In this document: one piece after another, positions 36,694-46,844 of the stretch | How the letters are laid out: every line of letters starts with the position of its first letter | How positions within the stretch are numbered: position 1 is the first letter of the stretch | Assembly (NCBI GenBank): GCA_031414535.1 | Contig: JANNVQ010000057.1 | Location: 64,001 to 128,000, forward strand | DNA: 64,000 bases | Source: Gemmatimonas sp. | GTDB lineage: Bacteria; Gemmatimonadota; Gemmatimonadetes; Gemmatimonadales; Gemmatimonadaceae | Reading direction: 5' to 3' | Notes under the pieces: model-generated | What the model was told of the DNA's origin: nothing | Seen by the model: the letters and a program-made list of their open reading frames with translations, nothing else | Database searches by the model: none | Position numbers and translations under genes: made by a program

Positions 36694-37704
36694 ATGCAGC
36701 GCTGGACTGCGCGAGCGCCGGGACTTACGCTCGTCATCGCAGTCGCGCTCGCAGCGCACTGGCTCGCGGCGCTCGAGGTTCGTAGCTGGGGTCGCACCTT
36801 CGTGGACCCCCTCGTGCTGGCGATTCTCATCGGCATGATTGTACGCGCGGCACTCGGCGCCCGCGCAGCACTTGAGTCGGGCATCAGCTTCGCCGCCAAG
36901 GACGTGCTTGAGGTAGCTGTCGTATTGCTCGGCGCTTCGGTGAACTTCGCGGCCATGCAGGCCGCGGGCCTCCCGCTCGCGCTTGGCCTCGTGATCCTCG
37001 TTGCGCTGAGCGTCGTCATTGGCATCGGCATCGGCCGAGTGCTCGGTCTCTCGCCACAACTCGCCGTCCTCATCGCCTGCGGCAACGCCATCTGCGGCAA
37101 CTCCGCAATTGCGGCGGTGGCGCCCAGCATCAAGGCCTCGCGCGAAGACACCGCGAGTGCCGTCGCCTTCACGGCATTGCTCGGCATGGTCGCCGTGTTT
37201 GTGCTGCCACTACTGATGACTCCGCTCGGGCTCACGCACGAGGGCTTTGGCGTGCTTGCCGGGAGCACGGTGTACGCCGTACCGCAGGTGCTCGCGGCGG
37301 CCTACCCCGTCAGTAACATCGCCGGCGAGATGGCCACGCTCGTGAAACTCACTCGCGTACTCCTCCTCGGCCCAGTGGTTATTACCGTGGCGGCCTGGTG
37401 GCGCCGCTCGGGCCACTCCGGCGCCAGCGCCGACTCGCCGCGGGGACTCTTTGTCCCTTGGTTCATCTTGGGGTTCGCCGTATTGGCCGTGCTTCGCGCC
37501 ACCGGTTTGCTCTCCACGGCCAACGCCGAGCTGGCGTCGGACGCCGCGCACCGCCTCACACTTGCCGCCATGGCCGGGCTCGGCTTGAGTGTTGACCTAC
37601 GATCAGTCCGCCGCGTCGGTCCCAAGGCTGCCATTGCCGCCACGCTGGGACTGCTCCTTATGCTTGGTATGGCACTGCTCTTGGTATGGGCGGTCCTCAG
37701 CTAG
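36694..37704 (+). CDS. YeiH/putative sulfate exporter family membrane protein
   Basis: GNAICGNSAIAAVAP, YAVPQV, VKLTRV and ~10 TM segments. Confidence 0.88.
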   Translation: MQRWTARAPGLTLVIAVALAAHWLAALEVRSWGRTFVDPLVLAILIGMIVRAALGARAALESGISFAAKDVLEVAVVLLGASVNFAAMQAAGLPLALGLVILVALSVVIGIGIGRVLGLSPQLAVLIACGNAICGNSAIAAVAPSIKASREDTASAVAFTALLGMVAVFVLPLLMTPLGLTHEGFGVLAGSTVYAVPQVLAAAYPVSNIAGEMATLVKLTRVLLLGPVVITVAAWWRRSGHSGASADSPRGLFVPWFILGFAVLAVLRATGLLSTANAELASDAAHRLTLAAMAGLGLSVDLRSVRRVGPKAAIAATLGLLLMLGMALLLVWAVLS

Positions 37705-37776
37705 CATTTGCGCTGGTCGCGTCCACGGGCCACATTCACCCGCCGCGCCCGATCCCGCTCTCCGGAGATCCACCGC

Positions 37777-39402
37777 TTGACCTCACGTCGCGAATTCCTT
37801 GCTTCAACAGGCCTTGCCGCGAGTGCCGTTGCGCTCGCCTCACGTCGCCTTGAGGCATCTGAGCTTGGGTCGCCCATCATCACGGCTACCACCGAGCCCG
37901 ATATGCAGGTGCGCGTCCTTCTTATGGAAGGACTCAATGCCGCAAAGCTTGGCGGTGCCTCCTGGGCCGACGTGCGCGTGCAGCGGCAACGCCGTCAGAA
38001 CCTGAGTACGCGCGAGCAGCAGGTCACCAATGTTCTCGACACCGACACCATCGGCGTGGGCGTCCGCGTCCTCGTCGATGGAACCTGGGGATTCGCCGCC
38101 ACACGCGCGCTCACCACCGAAGGCGTCGCTCGCGCCGCACGGCAAGCGGTGGCACTCGCCCGCGCTAATCGCGTCGCCCGCGACCGTGAAGTGCGCCTCG
38201 CAGCCGCTCCCTCGCATCCTGCTGGCACATGGCGGTCGAGCTACACCGTTGATCCCTGGAGCGTCCCAGTTGAGGAGAAAGTCGCGCTCCTGCTACAGGC
38301 CAACGCGGCGGCCCAGAAGGTGCGCAACGTGCGCTTCGTGAACTCGGCCTTGCAGTTCGTGAAGGAGGAGCGCGCCTACGCCAACTCCGAAGGCTCCGTC
38401 ATTAGCCAAGATGTCGTGCGTTCCTGGGTGACCATGTCCGTTACCGCCATCTCGGACGATCGCACGCAAGTCGCCACGCGAGGTCCCGAAGTTGTGCAGC
38501 CTATGGGCCGCGGCTGGGAGTACGTGCTCGAAGCCGACATCGTCAATAACGCAACGGTGTGGGCTGAGCAGGCCAGAGAGAAGCTGAGCGCACGCTCGGT
38601 GGAAGTTGGGCGCTGGGATCTCATCCTGCATCCCTCGCAGCTCTTCCTCACCATTCACGAATCAATTGGCCATCCCACAGAGCTCGACCGTGCGATGGGC
38701 TACGAGGCCAACTACGCCGGCACCTCGTTCATCGCGCCGCCCAACGATGTGCTGGGTAAGCTCAAGCTTGGGCCCGAGCATCTCACCATTCGTGGTGATC
38801 GCTCGCAGACCGGCGCGCTTGCCACCATCGGCTACGATGACGACGGCGTGCAGCCTGATGAGTTCGACATCATCAAGAACGGTATCTTCTGGGACTACCA
38901 GACAACTCGTGAACAAGCCGAGTGGCTGCGGTCCTGGTACGAGAAGAACAACATGTCCGTGCGCTCCCACGGCTGCGCCTACGCACAGAACTGGAGCGAT
39001 GTCTCCTTCCAGCGCATGCCCAACGTGAGCATCGTCCCAGATCAGCGCGTGGACCGCTCCTGGAACGACATCATCGCCAACACCGAACGTGGCATCGCGA
39101 TGATTGGCCGCGCCTCGTATTCCATTGACCAGCAGCGCTACAACGCACAGTTCGGCGCGCAAATCTGCTACGAAGTGCAGAACGGCAAGATTGTTGGCCA
39201 GCTGAAGGATGTTGCGTACGTGATGCGTACGTCGGAGTTCTGGAATTCCATTGACCTCATCGGTGGCAAGTCTTCCTACGAGCTCGGCGGCACCTTCAAC
39301 GACGGCAAGGGTGAGCCCGGCCAGGCCAATGCCGTCAGTCACGGATGTCCGCCCTGCCGTTTTAAGAACATCAACGTGATCAACACGGGGGTCTCGCTAT
39401 GA
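37777..39402 (+). CDS. TldD/PmbA family metalloprotease (TldD-like) with a Tat-like signal
   Basis: TIHESIGHPTELDR (HExxxH), QRMPNVS and GKGEPGQ...SHG; N-terminal SRREFL. Confidence 0.88.
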   Translation: MTSRREFLASTGLAASAVALASRRLEASELGSPIITATTEPDMQVRVLLMEGLNAAKLGGASWADVRVQRQRRQNLSTREQQVTNVLDTDTIGVGVRVLVDGTWGFAATRALTTEGVARAARQAVALARANRVARDREVRLAAAPSHPAGTWRSSYTVDPWSVPVEEKVALLLQANAAAQKVRNVRFVNSALQFVKEERAYANSEGSVISQDVVRSWVTMSVTAISDDRTQVATRGPEVVQPMGRGWEYVLEADIVNNATVWAEQAREKLSARSVEVGRWDLILHPSQLFLTIHESIGHPTELDRAMGYEANYAGTSFIAPPNDVLGKLKLGPEHLTIRGDRSQTGALATIGYDDDGVQPDEFDIIKNGIFWDYQTTREQAEWLRSWYEKNNMSVRSHGCAYAQNWSDVSFQRMPNVSIVPDQRVDRSWNDIIANTERGIAMIGRASYSIDQQRYNAQFGAQICYEVQNGKIVGQLKDVAYVMRTSEFWNSIDLIGGKSSYELGGTFNDGKGEPGQANAVSHGCPPCRFKNINVINTGVSL

Positions 39403-40820
39403 GCGCCCGAATCGTTTCTGGTTCGCCAAGGCGCCTCATCGCGCAGCAAGAAGCCGTCCGCCACGGTGTGCTGGACGAAGCCGTGGTGCTCACACGCACC
39501 GAATGTGAGGACGTGGTACAGCGTGCGCTCAAGGCTTCCAAGGCTGATGCGTGCCGTGTGAGCGTGAACAGCACGTACGACACCAATGTGCGATTTGCCG
39601 ACAACCAGATGTCTACGTCTGGCATTACGGATAATGCGTCGGTGAGTATCACGTCGTTCGTTGGCAAGCGTAGTGCGACTGTGCTCACCAATGATTTATC
39701 GGTGCGCGGACTCGAGCAGGCCGTCGCGCAGTCGGAGGCTTTAGCACGACTGGCGCCTGAAGACCCTGAGTCCCTTCCCGAGCTTGGGCCGCAGACCTAC
39801 GTGGAGATTCCAGCGTGGTTCGATTCCACCGCCCAACTCTCCGCCGACGATCGCGCGCGCGCCGCACTGAGCGCCTTGCAGCTCTCCCGCGCGTCCAATG
39901 ATCTACAGGCGGCTGGCTACATCGAGTGTAACGCCTCGGCGCGCGCCATTGGCAACAGTGCTGGCCTCTTCGCATTCCACAGAAGCACCAACGCTGACTA
40001 CACACTTACTGTCCGCACCAGCGATGGCACTGGCTCCTCGTGGAGCGGGGCCAACGAGAACGACTGGAGCAAGATTGACTTCCGCGCCATGGCCACGCGG
40101 ACAATCGAGCGCGCACGCGCTTCTCGCGAACCACGCGCGGTGGAACCTGGGCGCTACACTGTCATTTTCGAGCCGCAGGCCTCCGCTGACTTTCTGGGTG
40201 CCGTTCGCGGCGTGCTCGGTGCCCGCCAAGCCGACGAAGGTCGCTCGGCGATGTCCAAGCCTGGCGGTGGCAGCAAGTTAGGTGAGCGCATTCTCGATTC
40301 CCGCGTCAGCCTGGTGAGCGACCCCACAGATGCGCAGGTGCTCGGCACGCCTTTCGACGGTGAGGGCCTTCCACTGCGTCGCGAAGTGTGGATCGAGAAC
40401 GGTGTCCTCAAGCAACTCGCCTACGACCGTTTCTGGGCACAACGCCAGAACCAGCGCGCTACCGGTGGCGGTGGTGGCGGCTTTGGAGGCGGAGGCAGCA
40501 CCAAGATGCTCGGTGGCGAGAGCTCCATTGACGCAATGATTCGCGGCACGGAGCGCGGGGTACTCGTCACGCGCCTCTGGTACCTTCGCCCCATCGATCA
40601 GCGCACGCTCATGTACACGGGCCTCACGCGCGACGGCACCTTCCTAATTGAGAACGGCCGCATCAGTCGCTCCATCAAGAATTTCCGGTTCAACGATTCC
40701 CCGCTGATTATGCTCAACAAGGTGGATGCCATTGGTCCGGCCGTTCGCACGGCTGGCGGCGTCTTCCCCGCGGTGAAGGCAGACGACTTCTCGTTCACCA
40801 GCTTGTCGGACGCGGTCTGA
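39399..40820 (+). CDS. TldE/PmbA-like partner
   Basis: VEPGRYTVIFEP and TGLTRDGTFLIENG..NFRFN; ATGA-coupled to the TldD-like gene. Confidence 0.85.
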   Translation: MSARIVSGSPRRLIAQQEAVRHGVLDEAVVLTRTECEDVVQRALKASKADACRVSVNSTYDTNVRFADNQMSTSGITDNASVSITSFVGKRSATVLTNDLSVRGLEQAVAQSEALARLAPEDPESLPELGPQTYVEIPAWFDSTAQLSADDRARAALSALQLSRASNDLQAAGYIECNASARAIGNSAGLFAFHRSTNADYTLTVRTSDGTGSSWSGANENDWSKIDFRAMATRTIERARASREPRAVEPGRYTVIFEPQASADFLGAVRGVLGARQADEGRSAMSKPGGGSKLGERILDSRVSLVSDPTDAQVLGTPFDGEGLPLRREVWIENGVLKQLAYDRFWAQRQNQRATGGGGGGFGGGGSTKMLGGESSIDAMIRGTERGVLVTRLWYLRPIDQRTLMYTGLTRDGTFLIENGRISRSIKNFRFNDSPLIMLNKVDAIGPAVRTAGGVFPAVKADDFSFTSLSDAV

Positions 40821-40866
40821 CCGCATGCGCGTCTCTCAGTTCATTCTTCCTCGAGCACCCTGAGCG

Positions 40867-41892
40867 ATGACACACCGCTTCCCGTGGGCTCGTTGGTCTG
40901 ATGAACGCCTCATGCTCATGCGCCTGCGAGATCTGGGCGTCACCATCGAGGGCACCTGGGTCGGCGATTGCGTGAACGAACTGTACGCGGAGCTCGAGGC
41001 TCGCGAGATTCGCCTCAAGCCGCACATTTGGGTGAGCGACGAGTGGTTCTCTCCCGGCGGTGTCTCGGGCTTCGCGGTTCCCTTCTACCTCTTGCACCCA
41101 CGCTTAGCTCGTCTCGAGCGCAGTCAGCTCATCGAGATAGAGGGTGGTACGCACCACGAGTGTATGAAGATTCTGCGCCACGAGTGCGGCCACGCCATCC
41201 AGCACGGCTACCAACTACATCGCAAGCGCGAGTGGCAGCGCCTCTTTGGCAAGTCGAGCAAGAAGTATCCCGAGGCCTATCGCCCCAACCCGGCGAGCAA
41301 GCGCTATGTGCAACATCTTCGGCGCTGGTATGCGCAAAGTCATCCCGATGAGGATTTTGCAGAGACCTTCGCGGTGTGGCTCAAGCCGCGCGCCGACTGG
41401 CGGCGCCGCTACGCCGGTTGGCCTGCGCTGCAGAAGCTTGAGTACGTCGATCGCCTGATGCAGGATCTTGCCGGCACCGTGCCCCCCGCGCGCAATCGTA
41501 CCGTGGTCGATCCACTGCGTTTGCAAAAGGCTACCCTGTTCGAGCACTACACATACCGGCGTGCGATATATTCGGTCGAGTATCCTAAGACGTACGACGA
41601 CGACTTGCTCCGGCTTTTCTCTGATGACCCTCGGCATCGCCACAAGGCCACGGCCGCGTCGTTCCTGCGCACCCACCGCGCCGACATCCGGCGCATCGTG
41701 TCGCGTTGGACTGGTGAATATGAATTCTCACTCAATCAAGTGCTCACGGATATGATCGGCCGATGCGGCGAGCTGCGGCTCCGCGTGACTGGCTCAGAAC
41801 GCCAACTGCTCACTGACTTTATGGTGCTCCTCACTGCGCGAACGATGAGCTTTCTCGTCGGCCAAGGACGCCGCGACTGGATTGCCGTATGA
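40867..41892 (+). CDS. Putative zinc-binding metallopeptidase
   Basis: LRHECGHA and YAQSHPDEDFAETFAVW. Confidence 0.8.
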   Translation: MTHRFPWARWSDERLMLMRLRDLGVTIEGTWVGDCVNELYAELEAREIRLKPHIWVSDEWFSPGGVSGFAVPFYLLHPRLARLERSQLIEIEGGTHHECMKILRHECGHAIQHGYQLHRKREWQRLFGKSSKKYPEAYRPNPASKRYVQHLRRWYAQSHPDEDFAETFAVWLKPRADWRRRYAGWPALQKLEYVDRLMQDLAGTVPPARNRTVVDPLRLQKATLFEHYTYRRAIYSVEYPKTYDDDLLRLFSDDPRHRHKATAASFLRTHRADIRRIVSRWTGEYEFSLNQVLTDMIGRCGELRLRVTGSERQLLTDFMVLLTARTMSFLVGQGRRDWIAV

Positions 41893-42902
41893 GGAAGCTC
41901 CGCATCCTCGTGCTGACGCACCCGGATCTGGCGCCTCCTGAGATCCTCAGCTCGCTGACCCCCAAAGAAGCGTTCGAGATCAAGACCGAGATTGACGTCA
42001 TCACCACGCTGCGCAGACTCGGGCACGACGTGCACGTCCTTGGTGTGCAGTGGGAGCTACGCCCCATCCGTGAGGCGGTGGACGTGCTCAAGCCCGACAT
42101 CGTCTTCAACTTGCTCGAAGAGTTCCACGGCGAGACGACCTACGACCACAACGTCGTCGGTTTCCTCGAGCTCATGAAGGTGCCCTACAGTGGCTGTAAC
42201 CCGCGTGGGTTGATGCTCTCGCGCGGCAAGGCGCTGTCCAAGAAATTACTGGCCTATCACCGCATTCGTGTGCCAGACTTCGCCGTGTTTCCGATGAACC
42301 GCAAGGTGCGCCGTCCGCGACATCTCGGCTTCCCGCTCATCGTGAAGTCGCTCATCGAACACTCGTCCACGGGAATCTCGCAGGCCTCGGTGGTGGATTC
42401 GGACGAGAAGCTCGCCGAGCGCGTGCGGTTCATCCACGAGCGCGTTGGGACCGATGCCATCGCGGAACAGTTCATCAATGGCCGGGAGATCTATGTGAGC
42501 GTCCTTGGCAATGATCGCCTTCGCGCTTTCACGCCATGGGAGTTATTCGCCGAGAAGGGGAACCCCGACGAGCCGCTCATTGCGACCGCCAATGCTAAGC
42601 ACAATGTTGACTATCAGGAAAAGAAGGGCATCGTCATCCGTGCGGCGCAGGAACTGCACCCGAGCCTCGAGGAGCGTTTGCTGCACGACAGCAAACGGAT
42701 CTACCGGATTCTTGAGCTCACGGGCTATGCACGCATTGATTTCCGTCTCGACGCTGATGACAATCCTTTCTTTCTTGAAGCCAATCCGAACCCCGATATT
42801 TCGGAGCACGAGGAGTTTGCGGCGGCTGCAAATTTTGACGGCGTGAGCTACCCGAAGCTCCTCGAACGCATCATTCGCTTGGGGCTGCGAGACGCCGAGT
42901 AA
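41889..42902 (+). CDS. ATP-grasp ligase (D-Ala-D-Ala ligase-like)
   Basis: VFNLLE, PLIVKS..EHSSTGIS, EQFINGRE, YARIDFR and EANPNP. Confidence 0.85.
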   Translation: MRKLRILVLTHPDLAPPEILSSLTPKEAFEIKTEIDVITTLRRLGHDVHVLGVQWELRPIREAVDVLKPDIVFNLLEEFHGETTYDHNVVGFLELMKVPYSGCNPRGLMLSRGKALSKKLLAYHRIRVPDFAVFPMNRKVRRPRHLGFPLIVKSLIEHSSTGISQASVVDSDEKLAERVRFIHERVGTDAIAEQFINGREIYVSVLGNDRLRAFTPWELFAEKGNPDEPLIATANAKHNVDYQEKKGIVIRAAQELHPSLEERLLHDSKRIYRILELTGYARIDFRLDADDNPFFLEANPNPDISEHEEFAAAANFDGVSYPKLLERIIRLGLRDAE

Positions 42903-42984
42903 CGGTCCGTGCCCGACCGCGAGGGGTCGCTACGCTGCCTGGCAACTCTCAACGATTGCTTTGCAGTACGCGTAGGACGCCTAG

Positions 42985-44283
42985 ATGAAAATCACTCCTC
43001 GCCTTCGTCGCCTAGCGCTCTTTGCGCTGGGCATTCTGTTCTCCGTCTCGCTGTCTGCCCAAGAGGGACAGACTCCTCGAGCCGAGCCCAGCTCCGAACC
43101 GCGGCTCCGGGTCTTCCTCGACTGCCAGAGCGGCTGTGATCGCAACTTCCTGCTGACGGCGCTCCCCTTCGTGCTCTTCACGCAGGACCGCCTGGACGCA
43201 GACATTCACGCGCTCATCACCGGTCTTGGCACCGCTTCCGGTGGCACGGAATACACATTTTTGCTGTTGGGGCGTGGCGTCTTCGTCGGCCGTGCCGACA
43301 CGATGCGAGCCAACATCGCGCCCAATTCCTCCGATGATATGCGGCGACGAGAGCTCGCTCGCGTACTGCAGATCGCGCTCTTCCCTTATGCCATTCGCGT
43401 CACCGGCGCTGGGGCGTTCTCGGTGCACTATGATGCGCCGGCTACAGCCGCAGGTGGAATCGGCCGTGTCATCAACGATCCCTGGAACTTCTGGGTATAT
43501 CGTGTCCGTGCGAACGGCAGCGGGTCGGCCGAGCAGCTCAATTCGTCGTATCAAATCACGGGTGGCGTCAACATCAGCCGTACCACGGAAATCTGGAAAA
43601 TTTCAATCAACTCCAACGAGGAGTACCGCGCCAATACCTTCACCCTCTCCAGTGGCGCGGAGCGTTCGTTCATCCTTCGCAGCTCGGACGTCTCGGCGCG
43701 AATCGTGCGGAGCGTGACGGAGCATTGGTCCGTCGGCGCCCGCGCAACCGGCGGGCGCTCCGACTTCCGCAACCAGAATCTGTCCAGCGGGCTCGAACTC
43801 TCCGGCGAGTACAACGTGTTTCCCTGGAAGGAAGCCACCTCGCGTCAGCTCTTGGCGCTTGTGTCGTTGGGGGCACGGCATTTCGACTACCAGGACACCA
43901 CCATCTTCGGACGTGTCGACGAGACCCGCCCAGTCGCTCGCGCCATCCTCGCCGGTGAGTCGCGGCAACAGTGGGGCACCATTGATGCCTCCATGCGCTA
44001 CACGCACTTCCTTCACAACGCCACGACATACAATCTGAGCTTCAACGGTCGCGCGCAGTTCCGTCTGAGCCGCGGCCTCGCGCTCGAGTTACGCGGCGAT
44101 GCCGCCAAGGTCAACGATCAACTCTTCCTCCGCCGCGGAGGCGCGTCTGATGAAGAGGTTCTACTGCGGCAGCGTGCCCTCGCCACCAACTTCCGCCTCG
44201 GTGGCTCCGTGGGACTCAGCTTCACCTTCGGCTCCATCTACAACACCATCGTCAATCCGCGACTCGACGAGCTTGGTACCTGA
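42985..44283 (+). CDS. Secreted / outer-membrane beta-barrel-like hypothetical protein
   Basis: Signal peptide, alternating beta-strand pattern and C-terminal FTFGSIYNTIVNPR. Confidence 0.6.
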   Translation: MKITPRLRRLALFALGILFSVSLSAQEGQTPRAEPSSEPRLRVFLDCQSGCDRNFLLTALPFVLFTQDRLDADIHALITGLGTASGGTEYTFLLLGRGVFVGRADTMRANIAPNSSDDMRRRELARVLQIALFPYAIRVTGAGAFSVHYDAPATAAGGIGRVINDPWNFWVYRVRANGSGSAEQLNSSYQITGGVNISRTTEIWKISINSNEEYRANTFTLSSGAERSFILRSSDVSARIVRSVTEHWSVGARATGGRSDFRNQNLSSGLELSGEYNVFPWKEATSRQLLALVSLGARHFDYQDTTIFGRVDETRPVARAILAGESRQQWGTIDASMRYTHFLHNATTYNLSFNGRAQFRLSRGLALELRGDAAKVNDQLFLRRGGASDEEVLLRQRALATNFRLGGSVGLSFTFGSIYNTIVNPRLDELGT

Positions 44284-44318
44284 GCAGCGTGCGAACGCGA
44301 TGACGCGCCCGACGGCAG

Positions 44319-44708
44319 TCAGTCGCTGACGGCCATCGCAAAGGTGATGGCATTGCCGCCAGGTTCGCGTACGCCAATCTCTTCCATTCCGTAGAACGTC
44401 TTCCGTCGCGGGAAGACGATCGGTGCGCCCTCCACGGCTTCAATCGTTTGATCGAGGTCCATAACCTCGAGAAACAGATACGTGCCGCCACCCGGCGCAT
44501 CGGCCAGCGCCGGCAAGTCGCTCGCGACGCTCGCGCGGGTTTGATACATGATCTCAAGTCCGCTCTTCTCAAGAATCACGAAGCCAAGCCGGCCTTCGTG
44601 CATCACATCGGCGGTCTTGTCGAATCCCAACGCCTCCCAGAACAGAACGCAGGGCTCAATCTCATCTACGAGGAGCACGGGCGTGATGCGCTTCAGCCAG
44701 TTAGGCAT
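44319..44708 (-). CDS. VOC/glyoxalase family protein
   Basis: ITPVLLVDEIE...FWEALGF and TFYGMEEIGVREPGG. Confidence 0.8.
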   Translation of the reverse strand: MPNWLKRITPVLLVDEIEPCVLFWEALGFDKTADVMHEGRLGFVILEKSGLEIMYQTRASVASDLPALADAPGGGTYLFLEVMDLDQTIEAVEGAPIVFPRRKTFYGMEEIGVREPGGNAITFAMAVSD

Positions 44709-44710
44709 CG

Positions 44711-46162
44711 TCAGTTCCCCGAACGCGCGGCGGCGTGCTTGGCGCGAATGCTGTCGAGACCGGCGCTCAATGCTTCCGCCGATACCCAACGGCCACGCAC
44801 CATGACGCCGGCTCGCTTGTTGAGATTCGCGAGGTCCACAGTAGGGTCAGCGTCGAGCAGCACGAGGTCGGCCCACTTCGCCTCCGCCACCGTTCCAAAG
44901 GCACCATCTCCGCGGAGACTTTCCCGCACATAGCGGCTGACTGCGCGTGTGCCACTCTCAAGAATTTGTTGCGGCGTGAGGCCCGCTGCCTGTGCAACCT
45001 GCAGTTCGCGGTGGAGCGCGAAGCCTGGGACGTTAAACATCTGCGGCGAATCGGTACCCATCAGCAAGGGTGCGCCGGCATCGGCGAGTGCCTTCAGCAT
45101 CTGGCGGCGAAGCTCGAGGTAGCGCGCGCGCCGCGGCGGCGTCATCCGCTGGTTCTCGTCGGCGAGAGACCGCCCACGCTTCTGGTTCATCCACGCCGTC
45201 ACCTGTTGCTGCGACACGTACGCCATCTCCGGCAAGGCCGCCATTTCTTCAGCGGTCCGGTCGTTGTAGAAATTTTCCCAGAGATACATCGTCGGCACAT
45301 TCCACACATTCAGATCACGCGCCATGCGCGCGAGCGCTGGGAACTTGGCCGGATCGATCGCGTCAATCACATCGCCGAGTTGACCACCCGAGGCATACAC
45401 GCTGGAATCGCCCACGGCGGCCTCAAGGTAGCCGTCCACGTGGTCAATCGTCGCGATGCCAGTACGCATCGCGTGTACGATGCCGACGTCCGCCGGTATG
45501 TGTCCCCCAAAGGTGAGGCCCTGTACCCGCATCTCCCGCACGGCGGCATCCCAGGTCGCGCGACTTACACCCGGATGAATCTTCACCAAGTCGTATCCGG
45601 TTTGCTTGGCTTGACGCACCAGCGCTATCGCGGCTTCAGGGGTTGGTGCCGAGGTCCCATTGAGCGAAGGCGCCGCGGAAAAGAACTGAGGACCCAGCAT
45701 TTCTCCTCTGGCCAGCTGCTGCTTGAGCGCAATCTGATACGGCGCGCCGAGCATACCCCGAATTGTCGTAATGCCGTTGGCGACGTACAGGAACATGATG
45801 TCCGCCAATTGCTCCTGCGTCGGATTTCCCGGCGGCACGTGCGCGTGCATCTCGGCCAGGCCCGGCATCAGGAACTTCCCCCGGCCAAGGATTCGCGTGG
45901 CGTTGTCCGGCACAGGCGTCGAATTGCTCGGACCAATCGTCGCAATGCGGCCATTAATGACAATCACCGTTTGGTCGTACAGCCGACGATTTCCTTCCAT
46001 CGTTAGTACGGTGACATTCGTAAACGCCACGGGAAGCGGCTGGCCTGAAGGAAAGGTCTGGGTCGCGAAGGTCTGCGCCCCGGCAGCCCGAGGCAGGCCT
46101 AGGGTCGCGAGGACAGCAAGGAGCGTGTTAGTGGCTCGTCGCAGGCTGCGGAGCTTCGACAT
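44711..46162 (-). CDS. Amidohydrolase family protein (secreted)
   Basis: LMPGLAEMHAH, GITTIRGM, MGTDSP and ADLVLLDADP. Confidence 0.9.
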   Translation of the reverse strand: MSKLRSLRRATNTLLAVLATLGLPRAAGAQTFATQTFPSGQPLPVAFTNVTVLTMEGNRRLYDQTVIVINGRIATIGPSNSTPVPDNATRILGRGKFLMPGLAEMHAHVPPGNPTQEQLADIMFLYVANGITTIRGMLGAPYQIALKQQLARGEMLGPQFFSAAPSLNGTSAPTPEAAIALVRQAKQTGYDLVKIHPGVSRATWDAAVREMRVQGLTFGGHIPADVGIVHAMRTGIATIDHVDGYLEAAVGDSSVYASGGQLGDVIDAIDPAKFPALARMARDLNVWNVPTMYLWENFYNDRTAEEMAALPEMAYVSQQQVTAWMNQKRGRSLADENQRMTPPRRARYLELRRQMLKALADAGAPLLMGTDSPQMFNVPGFALHRELQVAQAAGLTPQQILESGTRAVSRYVRESLRGDGAFGTVAEAKWADLVLLDADPTVDLANLNKRAGVMVRGRWVSAEALSAGLDSIRAKHAAARSGN

Positions 46163-46240
46163 TCGGCTTCTCCGAGAGTGGTTCGGCGCGCGGCGTGAAG
46201 ATGCAGGCGCAGGCAAGAATCGGCGTTAACTTACGCCAAT

Positions 46241-46726
46241 ATGTCCGCCGCCGTTCAGCCTAGCGCATCGCGCACCGGAATACTCGGCCTCAGCTGGCGT
46301 CAGCTCACCGCGCTGATTGCGCTGGGCAATGCCTTCGTCGCCACATACCTGCATCTGTGGAAGATCGGCAAGGCCGGAACGCTTGCCTGTGGTGGCAGCG
46401 GCGGCTGCGCGCTCGTCCAATACAGCCCGTGGAGCTACTTCTTTGGCGTGGACGTCGCGCTCATCGGCGCCATCGGCTATACGCTGTTGTTCTTCGTGGC
46501 CGTCGTAGGCAGTAGCGAGCGCTGGGTCAATGATCGCATCTTCGCCGGTGCTCAGGTGATGCTGGTCTACCCAGCGGTGCTGTTCACGCTGCGGCTGAAG
46601 TGGGCCGAGTTCTATAAACTTCGTACGTTTTGCCCGTGGTGCGCGATTTCGGCAGTTTCCATCACAATCTTGGCCGTCATTGTCACGCTCGAGTGGCGGC
46701 GGCTACGTCGCCTCAGCAAAGCCTAG
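46241..46726 (+). CDS. Vitamin K epoxide reductase (VKOR) family protein
   Basis: Loop CGGSGGC..V..S.WS and active-site CPWC. Confidence 0.9.
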   Translation: MSAAVQPSASRTGILGLSWRQLTALIALGNAFVATYLHLWKIGKAGTLACGGSGGCALVQYSPWSYFFGVDVALIGAIGYTLLFFVAVVGSSERWVNDRIFAGAQVMLVYPAVLFTLRLKWAEFYKLRTFCPWCAISAVSITILAVIVTLEWRRLRRLSKA

Positions 46727-46740
46727 CATTTTGTTTCCAG

Positions 46741-46813
<73 letters not shown>

Positions 46814-46844
46814 GTAAGTCTCGAAACCTAGCCACCTTGAGGCT

